A stretch of 64,000 nucleotides of DNA, taken from positions 1,018,316 through 1,082,315 of the forward strand of contig OZ244217.1 in assembly GCA_965216935.1 (NCBI GenBank). The letters run 5' to 3'. Origin of the DNA: Acidobacteriota bacterium (GTDB lineage: Bacteria; Acidobacteriota; UBA890). Positions within the stretch are counted from its first letter, which is position 1, and every line of letters begins with the position of its first letter. The position numbers and the translations under genes were made by a program. The notes beneath the pieces were generated by a model that saw only the letters and a list, made by a program, of their open reading frames with translations, was not told the DNA's origin and did no database searches. This document shows, piece after piece, positions 19,727 through 28,297 of the stretch.

Positions 19727-20949
19727 TGCACGTCGTGTTCATCGAGCCCGCGTTTCCGGTCAACCAGCAGGAGTTCGTCCGCGGGCTGCACGCGGTGGGT
19801 GCGCGGGTGACGGGGATCGGCGAGCGCCCCCTCGATGCGCTGCCGCAGTGGTTGCAGGAGAGCATGCTCCACTACGAGCAGGTGGGCTCGGTGGTCGACG
19901 ATCAGAGCATGCTCGAGACCGTTCGCCGCGTCGACGGGAGGCTTCCGGTCGATCGGCTGGAGGCGACGGTCGAAGCTCACATCATGACCGCGGCGCGTAT
20001 TCGCGAAGCCTGTGGGATCCCCGGAACCTCGGTACGTACGGCGCATCTTTGTCGCGACAAGCCGGCGATGAAAGAGGCCCTGCGGCAAGCCGGAATTCCC
20101 TGCGCCGCGTCGATCGGCACGGACTCGGCCGACGAAGCACGGCGGTTTGTCGCCGAGGTCGGCCTACCGGTGATTCTCAAGCCGCGTTCAGGCGCCGGCG
20201 CCAGCGGCACTTTCCTGGCGGCGTCGGACGCCGAGCTGGAGGACGCCATCGCCGCGAGTGGGCGCGGTCGTGGTGGGTCCGTCGCGGTGGAGGAGTTCAT
20301 CGAAGGGCACGAGGCTTTCTTCGACACGCTCACCATCGGGGGTCGGATCGTGCACCACTTCATCACCCACTACTTTCCGGGGGTGCTCGAGGCGATGCGG
20401 ACCCGCTGGATCTCACCGCAGTTCATCGTCACCAACCGGACCGATAGCGAGCCGTCGTACGACGAGGTCAAGGACCTCGGCCGGCGGGTCATCGAGGCCC
20501 TCGACATCGAGACGTCGGCGACGCACATGGAATGGTTTTTCGGGCCCAAGGGCCTGAAGTTCTCCGAGATCGGCTGCAGGCCTCCGGGCGTCGGTGCCTG
20601 GGATCTGTACTGCGCAGCCGACGAGATCGACCTGTATCGGGAGTGGGCGCTGGCGGTTTGCACCGGGAGCACGGCGGCGAATCCTTCTCGACGCTACTCT
20701 GCCGGGATCATCGCGCTGCGCCCGGATCGCGACGGCCGCATCTCGCACGTCGAGGGGCTCGACTTCGTCCGCGAGGCCTTCGGTGAGTGGATCATCGACT
20801 TCCATATTCCGCCCTCCGGAACGCTCACCCAGCCGGTGGAAGCCGGTTACATGGCCAACGCCTGGATTCGCATGAGACACCCCGATTTCGACGAGCTGAA
20901 GAGCATGCTCGACACGGTCGGCGAGCGGGTCCAGGTCCGTGCCGACTGA
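19726..20949 (+). CDS. ATP-grasp domain ligase (paralog C)
   Basis: The ATG at 19726 overlaps the glgA stop (ATGA). The N-terminus MHVVFIEPAFP matches the paralog N-termini. The ATP-grasp signatures are GLPVILKPRSGAGASGTFLA and HMEWFFGPKGLKFSEIGCRPPGV. Confidence 0.75.
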   Translation: MHVVFIEPAFPVNQQEFVRGLHAVGARVTGIGERPLDALPQWLQESMLHYEQVGSVVDDQSMLETVRRVDGRLPVDRLEATVEAHIMTAARIREACGIPGTSVRTAHLCRDKPAMKEALRQAGIPCAASIGTDSADEARRFVAEVGLPVILKPRSGAGASGTFLAASDAELEDAIAASGRGRGGSVAVEEFIEGHEAFFDTLTIGGRIVHHFITHYFPGVLEAMRTRWISPQFIVTNRTDSEPSYDEVKDLGRRVIEALDIETSATHMEWFFGPKGLKFSEIGCRPPGVGAWDLYCAADEIDLYREWALAVCTGSTAANPSRRYSAGIIALRPDRDGRISHVEGLDFVREAFGEWIIDFHIPPSGTLTQPVEAGYMANAWIRMRHPDFDELKSMLDTVGERVQVRAD

Positions 20950-22027
20950 GCTCGTGTCAGCTTCCGGTTCGTCCGCGTCGCCCGCATCGTCCGGGTCGGG
21001 TTCGTCCGCGTCGCTTGCTTCGTCCGCTTCGCCCGGTTCGTTCGCTTCGCCCGCATCCGAGGGCGGCGATCCGTCGGCTGTCGACTTGGCTCCCGAGAAC
21101 GGCCGGGCCGTCGTGCTCCTCGGGCCGCAGGGACGGCGGGAAACGCTCGCCGGCAAGCTCGACGAGCTCGGAGTGTCGGGAACCGTCGCCGTGGTCACCG
21201 CGGGGTGGCAGGAGCGGGAAGACGAGATCCTGGCGCTGCAGACCCACCTCGACAGGCCGATCGAGAACCTCCGCCTGCACGCGCGCGCCCGCGAGATCTT
21301 CACTCAGGACGAAGACCTGGGCGTGGCACACCGCCGGCGGCAGCGGACCCTCCGGCATCTGCGACGCCTGTACAACGTCCGCCTCTCCCATGCCATCGAC
21401 GCGCTTTCGGCCCTGGCCGGACGGCCGGAAGATTCTGATCTGGTCGAGGACGCGCGCGACGCCGCGATGGAGGCGGTGCGCCGGATCGACGACGATCATC
21501 TGGGTCGAATCGACCGAGTCCACCGGCGATGGGAAGAGGAGGGCCGGGTCGAGGCGAGCGCCGCGGTTGCCCGGCATCGCGAGGAGATCGCCGCGATCCT
21601 GTCGCGGTGCTCCGCCGTGGCCATCGCCGGAGGGCACGTCGTCGTCCTGCTCAACCGCTTGCGACTATTCGACGTCGCGTCGTTGGGGGCCGACCTCCCC
21701 CTGGTGGCGTGGTCCGCCGGTGCGATGGCGCTCACCGAGCGAGTCGTTGCCTACCACGACACGCCACCGCAGGGCTTCGGTAATCCCGAAGTGCTCGAGC
21801 GCGGCCTCGGTCTGGTGCGCGGCCTTGTTGCCCTGCCGCATGCGCGCCGCAGGCTGCTGCTCGACGACCGGGATCGCGTGGCGCGGTTCGCCCGGCGTTT
21901 CGCCCCGGCGCGGTGCGCCGCGATGGACGGAGGGTCGGCCCTGCGGTTCGCACCCGGATCGCCGGTTGTTGGCGAGGCTATCCGGGTGCTCGCGACGGAT
22001 GGCTCGCTCGGGAGCCTGGAGCCATGA
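20939..22027 (+). CDS. Peptidase S51-like serine peptidase (cyanophycinase / dipeptidase E family) with a Ser/Ala-rich low-complexity N-terminal region
   Basis: A GTG start at 20939 overlaps the end of ATP-grasp C. By manual comparison with cyanophycinase motifs, AIAGGHVVVLLNRLRL resembles the GG(D)..L.RL motif and LVAWSAGAMAL resembles GxSAGA around the Ser nucleophile. The first roughly 40 aa are SASGSSASPASSGSGSSASLASSASPGSFASPAS. The true start may lie downstream. Confidence 0.55.
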   Translation: MPTELVSASGSSASPASSGSGSSASLASSASPGSFASPASEGGDPSAVDLAPENGRAVVLLGPQGRRETLAGKLDELGVSGTVAVVTAGWQEREDEILALQTHLDRPIENLRLHARAREIFTQDEDLGVAHRRRQRTLRHLRRLYNVRLSHAIDALSALAGRPEDSDLVEDARDAAMEAVRRIDDDHLGRIDRVHRRWEEEGRVEASAAVARHREEIAAILSRCSAVAIAGGHVVVLLNRLRLFDVASLGADLPLVAWSAGAMALTERVVAYHDTPPQGFGNPEVLERGLGLVRGLVALPHARRRLLLDDRDRVARFARRFAPARCAAMDGGSALRFAPGSPVVGEAIRVLATDGSLGSLEP

Positions 22028-23184
22028 CGGACGCGACTCCCGCCCCCGCCCGGCGGGCCATTCGCAACCTCGAGCGAGCCGGCCCGCCGGCCGCCGCGGA
22101 CATCGACGCGTTCCTCGCCGGTCACGAGTTCCCGCTGGTCGAAGGCAACAGCGTTACGTTTGTTTTTCGCGGCGAGGTCGATGCGGTGGCGTTGCACCAC
22201 TGGATCTACGGGTTGCCGTCGTCGCAGGAGTTCCGCCGCATCGACGGTAGCGACCTGTGGTACCTGAGCCTCGAGCTGCCCCCCGGCTCCCGCGTCGAAT
22301 ACAAGCTCGAGGTCCGCACCGGTGACGACATTCGTCTGATCGAAGATCCGCTCAACCCGCGCCGGGCACGGGACCCCTTTGGCGCCAACTCGGTGTGCGC
22401 CACCGGCGGTTACGAGGATCCCGAATGGACCCGGGAAGACCCCGAAAGCAGGCCGGGTACACTCGAGCCCCGCCTCATTCGCAGCAATGCCTACGGCGGC
22501 GACGTCGCCGTGACGCTTTACCTGCCGGCGCGCTATCGGCCGACCGCGCGCTATCCGCTGCTGCTGGTGCACGACGGCAGCGACTACGTCAACTACGCCG
22601 GCCTCAAGACCGTCCTGGACAACGTCATTCATCGCCACGAGGTCGCTCCGCTGATTGCCGTGCTGATCGATTCGCCCACGCGCTTGCACGAGTTCGCCAA
22701 CCACGAGCCCCACGCGGTCTTTCTGGCCGAAGAGCTGGTGCCGCAGCTGCAGAAGGAATTGCCGCTGCGCGAGGGGCCCTTGTGGCGCTGCCTGATGGGG
22801 GCGAGCTTCGGGGCCGTGGCGGCGTTTTCCACCGCCTGGAGATATCCCGACGCGTTTGGCAGGCTGTTGCTGCAATCCGGGTCATTCGCGTTCTCCGACA
22901 TCGGCGGCCACGCCCGCGGCCCCGTTTTCGATCCGGTCGCGGATTTCGTCAACGCGTATCGGGACGACCCGGTTCGCGTGGCGGAGAAAGTGTTCATGAG
23001 CTGTGGCATGTACGAGTCGCTCATCTACGAGAACCGCTCGCTGGTACCCGTCTTGCGGGACACCGGAATGGACGTCCGCTATGTCGAGACGCGGGACGGG
23101 CACAACTGGGAGAACTGGCGCGGACGGCTCCGCGAGGCGCTCTCGTGGCTTTTCCCCGGGCCGCTGTGGATGTTCTATGAGTAG
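22024..23184 (+). CDS. Esterase family alpha/beta hydrolase (PF00756-like, enterochelin-esterase-like) with an N-terminal Ig/CBM-like domain
   Basis: The ATG at 22024 overlaps the upstream stop (ATGA). The N-terminal beta domain is VTFVFRGEVDAVALHHWIYGL...YKLEV. The hydrolase core is LLLVHDGSDYVNYAGLKTVLDNVIHRHEVAPLIAVLID...GASFGAVAAFSTAWRYPDAFGRLLLQSGSF. Confidence 0.65.
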   Translation: MTDATPAPARRAIRNLERAGPPAAADIDAFLAGHEFPLVEGNSVTFVFRGEVDAVALHHWIYGLPSSQEFRRIDGSDLWYLSLELPPGSRVEYKLEVRTGDDIRLIEDPLNPRRARDPFGANSVCATGGYEDPEWTREDPESRPGTLEPRLIRSNAYGGDVAVTLYLPARYRPTARYPLLLVHDGSDYVNYAGLKTVLDNVIHRHEVAPLIAVLIDSPTRLHEFANHEPHAVFLAEELVPQLQKELPLREGPLWRCLMGASFGAVAAFSTAWRYPDAFGRLLLQSGSFAFSDIGGHARGPVFDPVADFVNAYRDDPVRVAEKVFMSCGMYESLIYENRSLVPVLRDTGMDVRYVETRDGHNWENWRGRLREALSWLFPGPLWMFYE

Positions 23185-23280
23185 ACGGGTGGGGGGGCAG
23201 CGGCGCTGGCAGAGACGGCGACCCGGGCATGGCCCGCGACACGGGCAGGACCCGCGACGCACCGCTGGGAGTGGCGGCTG

Positions 23281-24543
23281 ATGGCGACCATCACCCGCCG
23301 CATCGGGCTTTCACTCGGCGCCGACATCTGCTGGCCGATCTGCTACGAGGAGATCCTCCGTCGGCTCGATCTGTCGATCCGGCACGACGGCGACACGCTG
23401 CGGTTCGAAACCGAACGGGTGACGATCGAGCCGTTCGACCTGCGGCAGTCGATCCGCTACGACCTGATCATCGATCGGCTGACGCACTGGTACAGTCCGA
23501 GCCGCGAGTGGATCAAGAAGTCGATCCTGCTGAACGACGTCTACGTGTACAACAACCCGTGGACCGTCCAGTCGATGGAAAAGCTGACGTCGTATTGCGC
23601 CATGATCCGCCTGGGCATGCCCATCCCGACGACCTGGATGGTACCGCCGAAGGAATACGCAACGCTCCCCGACCTGCGCCCGACCCTCGAGCAGTACGCC
23701 CGGTACTTCGACTTCGACGAGCTCGGCGAGAAGGTCGGCTACCCGATGTACATGAAACCGTACGACGGCGGTGGCTGGGTCGGCGTCAGTCGCATCGACG
23801 ATGCCAGCGGGCTGCGCGCCGCCTACGAGCAGAGCGGGTCTCACGTCATGCAGTTGCAGCGAGCGGTGCATCCGTCGGATCTGTTCGTCCGGGTCATCGG
23901 CCTCGGGCCGCAGGCTCGCATCGTTCGCTACGATCCCTCCCAGCCGCTGCACGATCGCTACACCATGGCGCGTGACTTCGTCAGCGACGAGGAAGCATCG
24001 TGGCTCATCGACACGACGATGACGATCAACGCCTTCTTCGACTGGGACTTCAACTCCTGCGAAGTCCTGCGGGACGAAGCCGGCGACCTCTTTCCGATCG
24101 ACTTCGCCAATCCGTGTCCCGACTCGCAGGTCACGTCGTTGCACTATCACTTTCCCTGGCTGATCAAGGCGAACCTGCGCTGGTCGCTGTTCAACGCCGC
24201 GGTGGCGAGAAAGAAGCCACCGAGCCTGAGCTGGGCACCCTTCTTTGAAATCGCTGCGCTCGAGATCCCCTATCGCGAGAAGCTGCGACGATACGCGCAC
24301 ATCGCCCGCGAGCGGTTCTCGAGCGATCGGTTCGAGGAGTTTTGCGATCGCCACCTGGCCCATCTCGATGAGGTCGCATGGGAGTTTTTCGGATCGCCCG
24401 CCACGCGTGACGCCGTGTACCAGAAGGTGAAGGCGCTCTACCCGGCCGACGAGGTTGACCGCTTCACCGAGCTGTTCATCGAGCGAATCGAGGTCTGGCG
24501 GGGCGCCGCCGAGAAGGAAGAGCCGGGGGCGGGCGTCCGGTGA
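23281..24543 (+). CDS. Hypothetical protein, possibly ATP-grasp fold (glutathionylspermidine synthase-like)
   Basis: A clear ORF with an ATG at 23281. The segment VGYPMYMKPYDGGGWVGVSRIDD recalls the ATP-grasp core of YgiC/GspS-family proteins (KPIFSREGANVSI). The assignment rests on manual motif comparison only. Confidence 0.4.
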   Translation: MATITRRIGLSLGADICWPICYEEILRRLDLSIRHDGDTLRFETERVTIEPFDLRQSIRYDLIIDRLTHWYSPSREWIKKSILLNDVYVYNNPWTVQSMEKLTSYCAMIRLGMPIPTTWMVPPKEYATLPDLRPTLEQYARYFDFDELGEKVGYPMYMKPYDGGGWVGVSRIDDASGLRAAYEQSGSHVMQLQRAVHPSDLFVRVIGLGPQARIVRYDPSQPLHDRYTMARDFVSDEEASWLIDTTMTINAFFDWDFNSCEVLRDEAGDLFPIDFANPCPDSQVTSLHYHFPWLIKANLRWSLFNAAVARKKPPSLSWAPFFEIAALEIPYREKLRRYAHIARERFSSDRFEEFCDRHLAHLDEVAWEFFGSPATRDAVYQKVKALYPADEVDRFTELFIERIEVWRGAAEKEEPGAGVR

Positions 24544-25268
24544 AGTCGAGCGAGACCTGGCATTCCGGGCGCCTGGAGCGTTCGGTGACGCTGGTTCGCT
24601 GGGGGCATTTCGGTGTGCCGGTGCTCATCTTCGCCACCGCCGGCGGCGACGCCGAGGAAATCGAACGCTTCCATCTCGTCGGGGCGCTCTCCGAGCTCAT
24701 CGAGGCCGGTCGCATCAAGGTCTACTCGTGCGACAGCGTCGCCGGCCGTGCGCTGATCACGCAGGAAGGCTCGGCCCAGCACCGGGGTTGGTTGCAGCAC
24801 CAGTTCCAGGAGTTCATCTACCATGAGGTCGTGCCGGCCATACGCACCGATTGCGCCGCCGAGGACATCGAGGTGATCGCGGCAGGCGCCTCGATCGGCG
24901 CGTTCCAGGCCCTCGCGGCGGTTTGCCGATACCCCGACACGTTCGCCAAGGCGCTCTGCGTCAGCGGCACGTACGACCTTTCTCGCTTTATCAAGGACGG
25001 CGACCCGGGTCGGTTCTTTCACGAATCGTCCCCGCTTCACTACCTGACGGACCTCGACGAGGATCGGCTGGAGGCGATCCGTCGCCGCTTCGTGCTTTTC
25101 GCCAGCGGCGAAGGTCGGGCCGAGGACATCGGCGAGTCGTGGCGGGCGGCGCACGTCCTGGGAAGCGCCGGCATTCCGAACCGGGTCGACAACTGGGGCC
25201 CGGAATGGGATCACGACTGGCCGACCTGGCGGGTGATGCTGCCCCAGTACCTTTCGGAGTGGACATGA
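24540..25268 (+). CDS. Esterase family alpha/beta hydrolase (PF00756-like)
   Basis: A GTG start overlaps the upstream stop (GTGA). The Ser motif is in AAGASIGAFQAL (GxSxG-like GASIG). It has the typical esterase-family length and segments (VYSCDSVAGRA, HYLTDLDEDRLE). Confidence 0.65.
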   Translation: MKSSETWHSGRLERSVTLVRWGHFGVPVLIFATAGGDAEEIERFHLVGALSELIEAGRIKVYSCDSVAGRALITQEGSAQHRGWLQHQFQEFIYHEVVPAIRTDCAAEDIEVIAAGASIGAFQALAAVCRYPDTFAKALCVSGTYDLSRFIKDGDPGRFFHESSPLHYLTDLDEDRLEAIRRRFVLFASGEGRAEDIGESWRAAHVLGSAGIPNRVDNWGPEWDHDWPTWRVMLPQYLSEWT

Positions 25269-25371
25269 GCGACGGCAGCGTTGAACGAGCCACCACCTCG
25301 AGAGCAGCCCGCAGCTCGATCTCGATGGTCCGCTGACGATCGCCGTCCGAGTCCGTGTCGACGAGCTCGGT

Positions 25372-25809
25372 TTGCACCAGCACCTGTTCGCTTGCGATGA
25401 CAAGTGGGCCCTGTGGATCACGCCCGACGATCGCTACCGCCTCGGCGACACCCGCGGTGGGGGTTGGTCCAGCGAGCCGGGCCGGGTACGGCGGGGCGAG
25501 TGGGCCGCCGTCGTGGCGGTGTTGCGGGGCACCCGTGGCGACCCGCTGACACCGCAGGCCGTATCGCTATACGTCGACGGCGACGGCAGCGCGGCGTCGA
25601 TGCATCAACGCACCGGCGAGGCGGTCGAGTTCGGCACCTGGAACCCGGGCGAGCTTTACCCGCGCGATGCCTGCTACATCGGCTTCGAGTCTCACCAGGG
25701 CATGGAGTCGCACCGCACGATGGCATTCATCGGAGCCATCGACGAAGCGATGGTGTTCGCCCGCGCCTGGAGCGAGGCCGAGGTGGTGGCGTTCTCGCCG
25801 CGTCGCTGA
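25372..25809 (+). CDS. Hypothetical protein (possible concanavalin/LamG-like fragment)
   Basis: A TTG-start ORF. An in-frame stop lies at 25282 and there is no ATG/GTG upstream. The C-terminus MAFIGAIDEAMVFARAWSEAEVVA resembles the LamG-like ...IDEVRIYNRALSAEEI ending. Confidence 0.35.
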   Translation: MHQHLFACDDKWALWITPDDRYRLGDTRGGGWSSEPGRVRRGEWAAVVAVLRGTRGDPLTPQAVSLYVDGDGSAASMHQRTGEAVEFGTWNPGELYPRDACYIGFESHQGMESHRTMAFIGAIDEAMVFARAWSEAEVVAFSPRR

Positions 25810-25902
25810 CCGGCGACCCGAAGAAAGGGTTGTTTGCGGCGGTGATGTCCTAGTAGCTTGGGACACGAAGCTTCGGAATCACCGCGACGCAAGGGGTCGG
25901 CG

Positions 25903-26910
25903 ATGACCGATGTTCCATCTGTAGCGCAGAGGATCCTGGACCAGCTCGAGCGGGCGATCTTCGGCAAGCGCGAGGCGCTCGAGCTCGTGCTCACCTGCCT
26001 TCTCACCGAGGGGCACCTGCTCATCGAGGACGTCCCCGGGACCGGCAAGACGCAGCTGGCGAAGGCCCTGGCGCGCATTTTCGGCGGCTCGTTTCGTCGA
26101 TTGCAGTGCACACCCGACCTTCTCCCGGCCGACATCACCGGATCGAACGTCTTCAACCAGAACAGCAACGAGTTCGAGTTCCATCCGGGGCCGGCGTTCA
26201 CCAACATTCTTCTGGCCGACGAGCTCAACCGCGCGACGCCGAGAGCCCAGGCAGCGTTGCTGGAATGTATGGCGGAACGCCAGATCAGTGTCGAGGGGCA
26301 GACGTACGAGCTGCAGCGCCCGTTCTTCGTCATCGCGACGCAGAACCCGGTCGAGCACGAGGGAACCTTCGACTTGCCGGAGGCGCAGCTCGACCGCTTC
26401 CTCATGCGGTTGGCCATCGGCTACCCGGACGAGGAGGCCGAGGAGACGATGCTCATCGAGCTCGATCGTCGCGACCTTCTGGAGGAGGTCGAGGAGGTTT
26501 CGACTCTCTCGGAGCTGATCGACCTGCAGGAAAGCGCCCGCTCGGTCCACGTCCACCCGGTCGTGCGCCAGTACATCATTCGCACGGTCGCGGCGACGCG
26601 CGAAAGCAAGGACTTCGCCCTCGGCGCCGGCCCGCGAGCCAGCATCGCCCTGTTTCGTTCGTGCCAGGCTCTCGCCGCGATCAGCGGCCGCAGCTTCGTG
26701 TTGCCGGACGACGCCAAGCGGCTCCTCCCTGTCGTGCTGCCGCACCGGCTCATTCTCTCGACCGAGGGACGCCTGAAGCGCCGCGGCGTGGTCGACGCCT
26801 TGCACGAGACGATCGATACGGTGCCGGCGCCGGTCGTCGGACCCGAAGGCATCGTGCAGCCGCCCCAGGACGCCGACGGGGACGACATGGCACGCCGGCG
26901 GAGTGGCTAG
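25903..26910 (+). CDS. MoxR-family AAA+ ATPase
   Basis: The N-terminus is MTDVPSVAQRILDQLERAIFGKREALELVLTCLLTEGHLLIEDVPGTGKTQLAKALA (Walker A GTGKT). The MoxR hallmark second region is present. The ATG is at 25903. Confidence 0.85.
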   Translation: MTDVPSVAQRILDQLERAIFGKREALELVLTCLLTEGHLLIEDVPGTGKTQLAKALARIFGGSFRRLQCTPDLLPADITGSNVFNQNSNEFEFHPGPAFTNILLADELNRATPRAQAALLECMAERQISVEGQTYELQRPFFVIATQNPVEHEGTFDLPEAQLDRFLMRLAIGYPDEEAEETMLIELDRRDLLEEVEEVSTLSELIDLQESARSVHVHPVVRQYIIRTVAATRESKDFALGAGPRASIALFRSCQALAAISGRSFVLPDDAKRLLPVVLPHRLILSTEGRLKRRGVVDALHETIDTVPAPVVGPEGIVQPPQDADGDDMARRRSG

Positions 26911-28297
26911 CCCGGGGGAGTCCCCGTCGAGCGACGCTCCGCGGCCTGAAGCCGCATCGCGTTCGTTCGCCGGCCTGGCGCGGTTGTTGCGCCGGCCCGT
27001 AGGAGACTTCTGGACCCGCTATACCCAGGTTGCCGTGTGGGGGGTCGTCGGCGTGCTGACAACACTGTTGCTCGCCGTCTTCTCTTCCGGCCTCTTCCTG
27101 TATGCCGTGTTGGTGGTCGGCATTGCCCTGGCCGCCTCGCTCTTGTTCGCCAGCGTCGCGGTCAGTCACCTGAGCGTGCAGCGAGAGGTGAGCGACGCCA
27201 CGGTGCCTGCCGGGCGGAGGGTAGACGTCACCTTGACGATCGAGAACCGGAAGCCGTTGCCGGTTCCCTGGCTCTACTGCGAAGACAAGGTCGAGGACGG
27301 CCTCGAGGTCGACGGCGGCACCGCGGTGTTGCAAACGCTGCCGGCCGAAGAGCGGCTGACTCTCAGCTACAAGGTCAGCGCGAATCGCCGAGGTCTGTAC
27401 CGCATCGGGCCGTCGATCGCCGAAGCGTCGGACCCGATGGGTTTGGTCCGCCGCTTCAAGACCGATCGACACCCGGAGTTCCTGACCGTCACCCCGAAAG
27501 TGCTCGGCCTCGGGTCCGGCTGGCCGCTGGGGCACAACGCCCTGCACCGCACGCCCCGCCGGCGGAGCTTGTTCGAAGATCCGTCGCGCTTCATCGGCAT
27601 CCGGGACTACCAGCCGTCGGACAGCATTCGACGGATCCACTGGCGGGCGACGGCGCGACTGGGCTCGTTGCAGGTGAAGACGTTCGAGCCGGCGGTGCTG
27701 CAGGGGGCGCTATTGATCGTCGACGGGGCGCCGAGCCCGGACGAGGAGCTGTTCGAGCTCACCGTCACGACGGCCGCGTCGGTCGCCGACTACGTTCTCT
27801 TTCAGGGACAGAAGGTCGGCTTGCTGTCGAACGGAGGCGACGCGGCCGAGCGATACCCACGCGACTGGTCGGGCGAGACGTTCCGCCGCATCGAGGACGT
27901 CGTCGAACGAACCGAGGCGCGCGAGGCGCTCAGCGGCTTTCGGCCGCTGGAGCTGCGTCCCGGGCGGGGCGACGGGCAGCGGTCGATGGTCCTGGCGGCG
28001 CTGGGTCGCCTGGTGCCGGCCTCCGGCGTGACCCTGGCGCAGTTGCTCGAAGTAGAGATGCCGCGCATACCCCGAAGCCTGGTTGCCATCGTCGTTACCC
28101 GAGCAATCGACGACGAGCTGGTCTTTGCCCTGGACGGTCTGCGTCGTGCCGGCGTCGAGTCGTCGGTGATGTGGATTCGGCCCGGAGAGCCGTCGCCGGC
28201 CTCGGAGGCCGTCTTCCCCGTCTTGCCGCCCGGCGTCACGTTCCACGCGATTTCCGACGAGGCGCACCTCGAGGACCTGGGAGCGCAGACGCTATGA
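26903..28297 (+). CDS. DUF58 domain protein (MoxR partner)
   Basis: The start overlaps the moxR end. The DUF58 signature is FIGIRDYQPSDSIRRIHWRATARLGSLQVKTFE. There are two N-terminal TM helices. Confidence 0.8.
   Translation: MASPGESPSSDAPRPEAASRSFAGLARLLRRPVGDFWTRYTQVAVWGVVGVLTTLLLAVFSSGLFLYAVLVVGIALAASLLFASVAVSHLSVQREVSDATVPAGRRVDVTLTIENRKPLPVPWLYCEDKVEDGLEVDGGTAVLQTLPAEERLTLSYKVSANRRGLYRIGPSIAEASDPMGLVRRFKTDRHPEFLTVTPKVLGLGSGWPLGHNALHRTPRRRSLFEDPSRFIGIRDYQPSDSIRRIHWRATARLGSLQVKTFEPAVLQGALLIVDGAPSPDEELFELTVTTAASVADYVLFQGQKVGLLSNGGDAAERYPRDWSGETFRRIEDVVERTEAREALSGFRPLELRPGRGDGQRSMVLAALGRLVPASGVTLAQLLEVEMPRIPRSLVAIVVTRAIDDELVFALDGLRRAGVESSVMWIRPGEPSPASEAVFPVLPPGVTFHAISDEAHLEDLGAQTL

Noticed and set aside
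21913-22023. 5' extension of the esterase ORF (ORF track 21913..23184)
   Set aside because: It overlaps the 3' end of the S51-like gene in another frame. The ATG at 22024 gives an ATGA-coupled start consistent with the rest of the operon.
27037-28293. 5' extension of the ORF 27037..29874 (945 aa)
   Set aside because: The extension is out of frame with, and overlaps, the DUF58 gene. The coherent zinc-ribbon membrane protein begins at the ATG at 28294 with an ATGA overlap.
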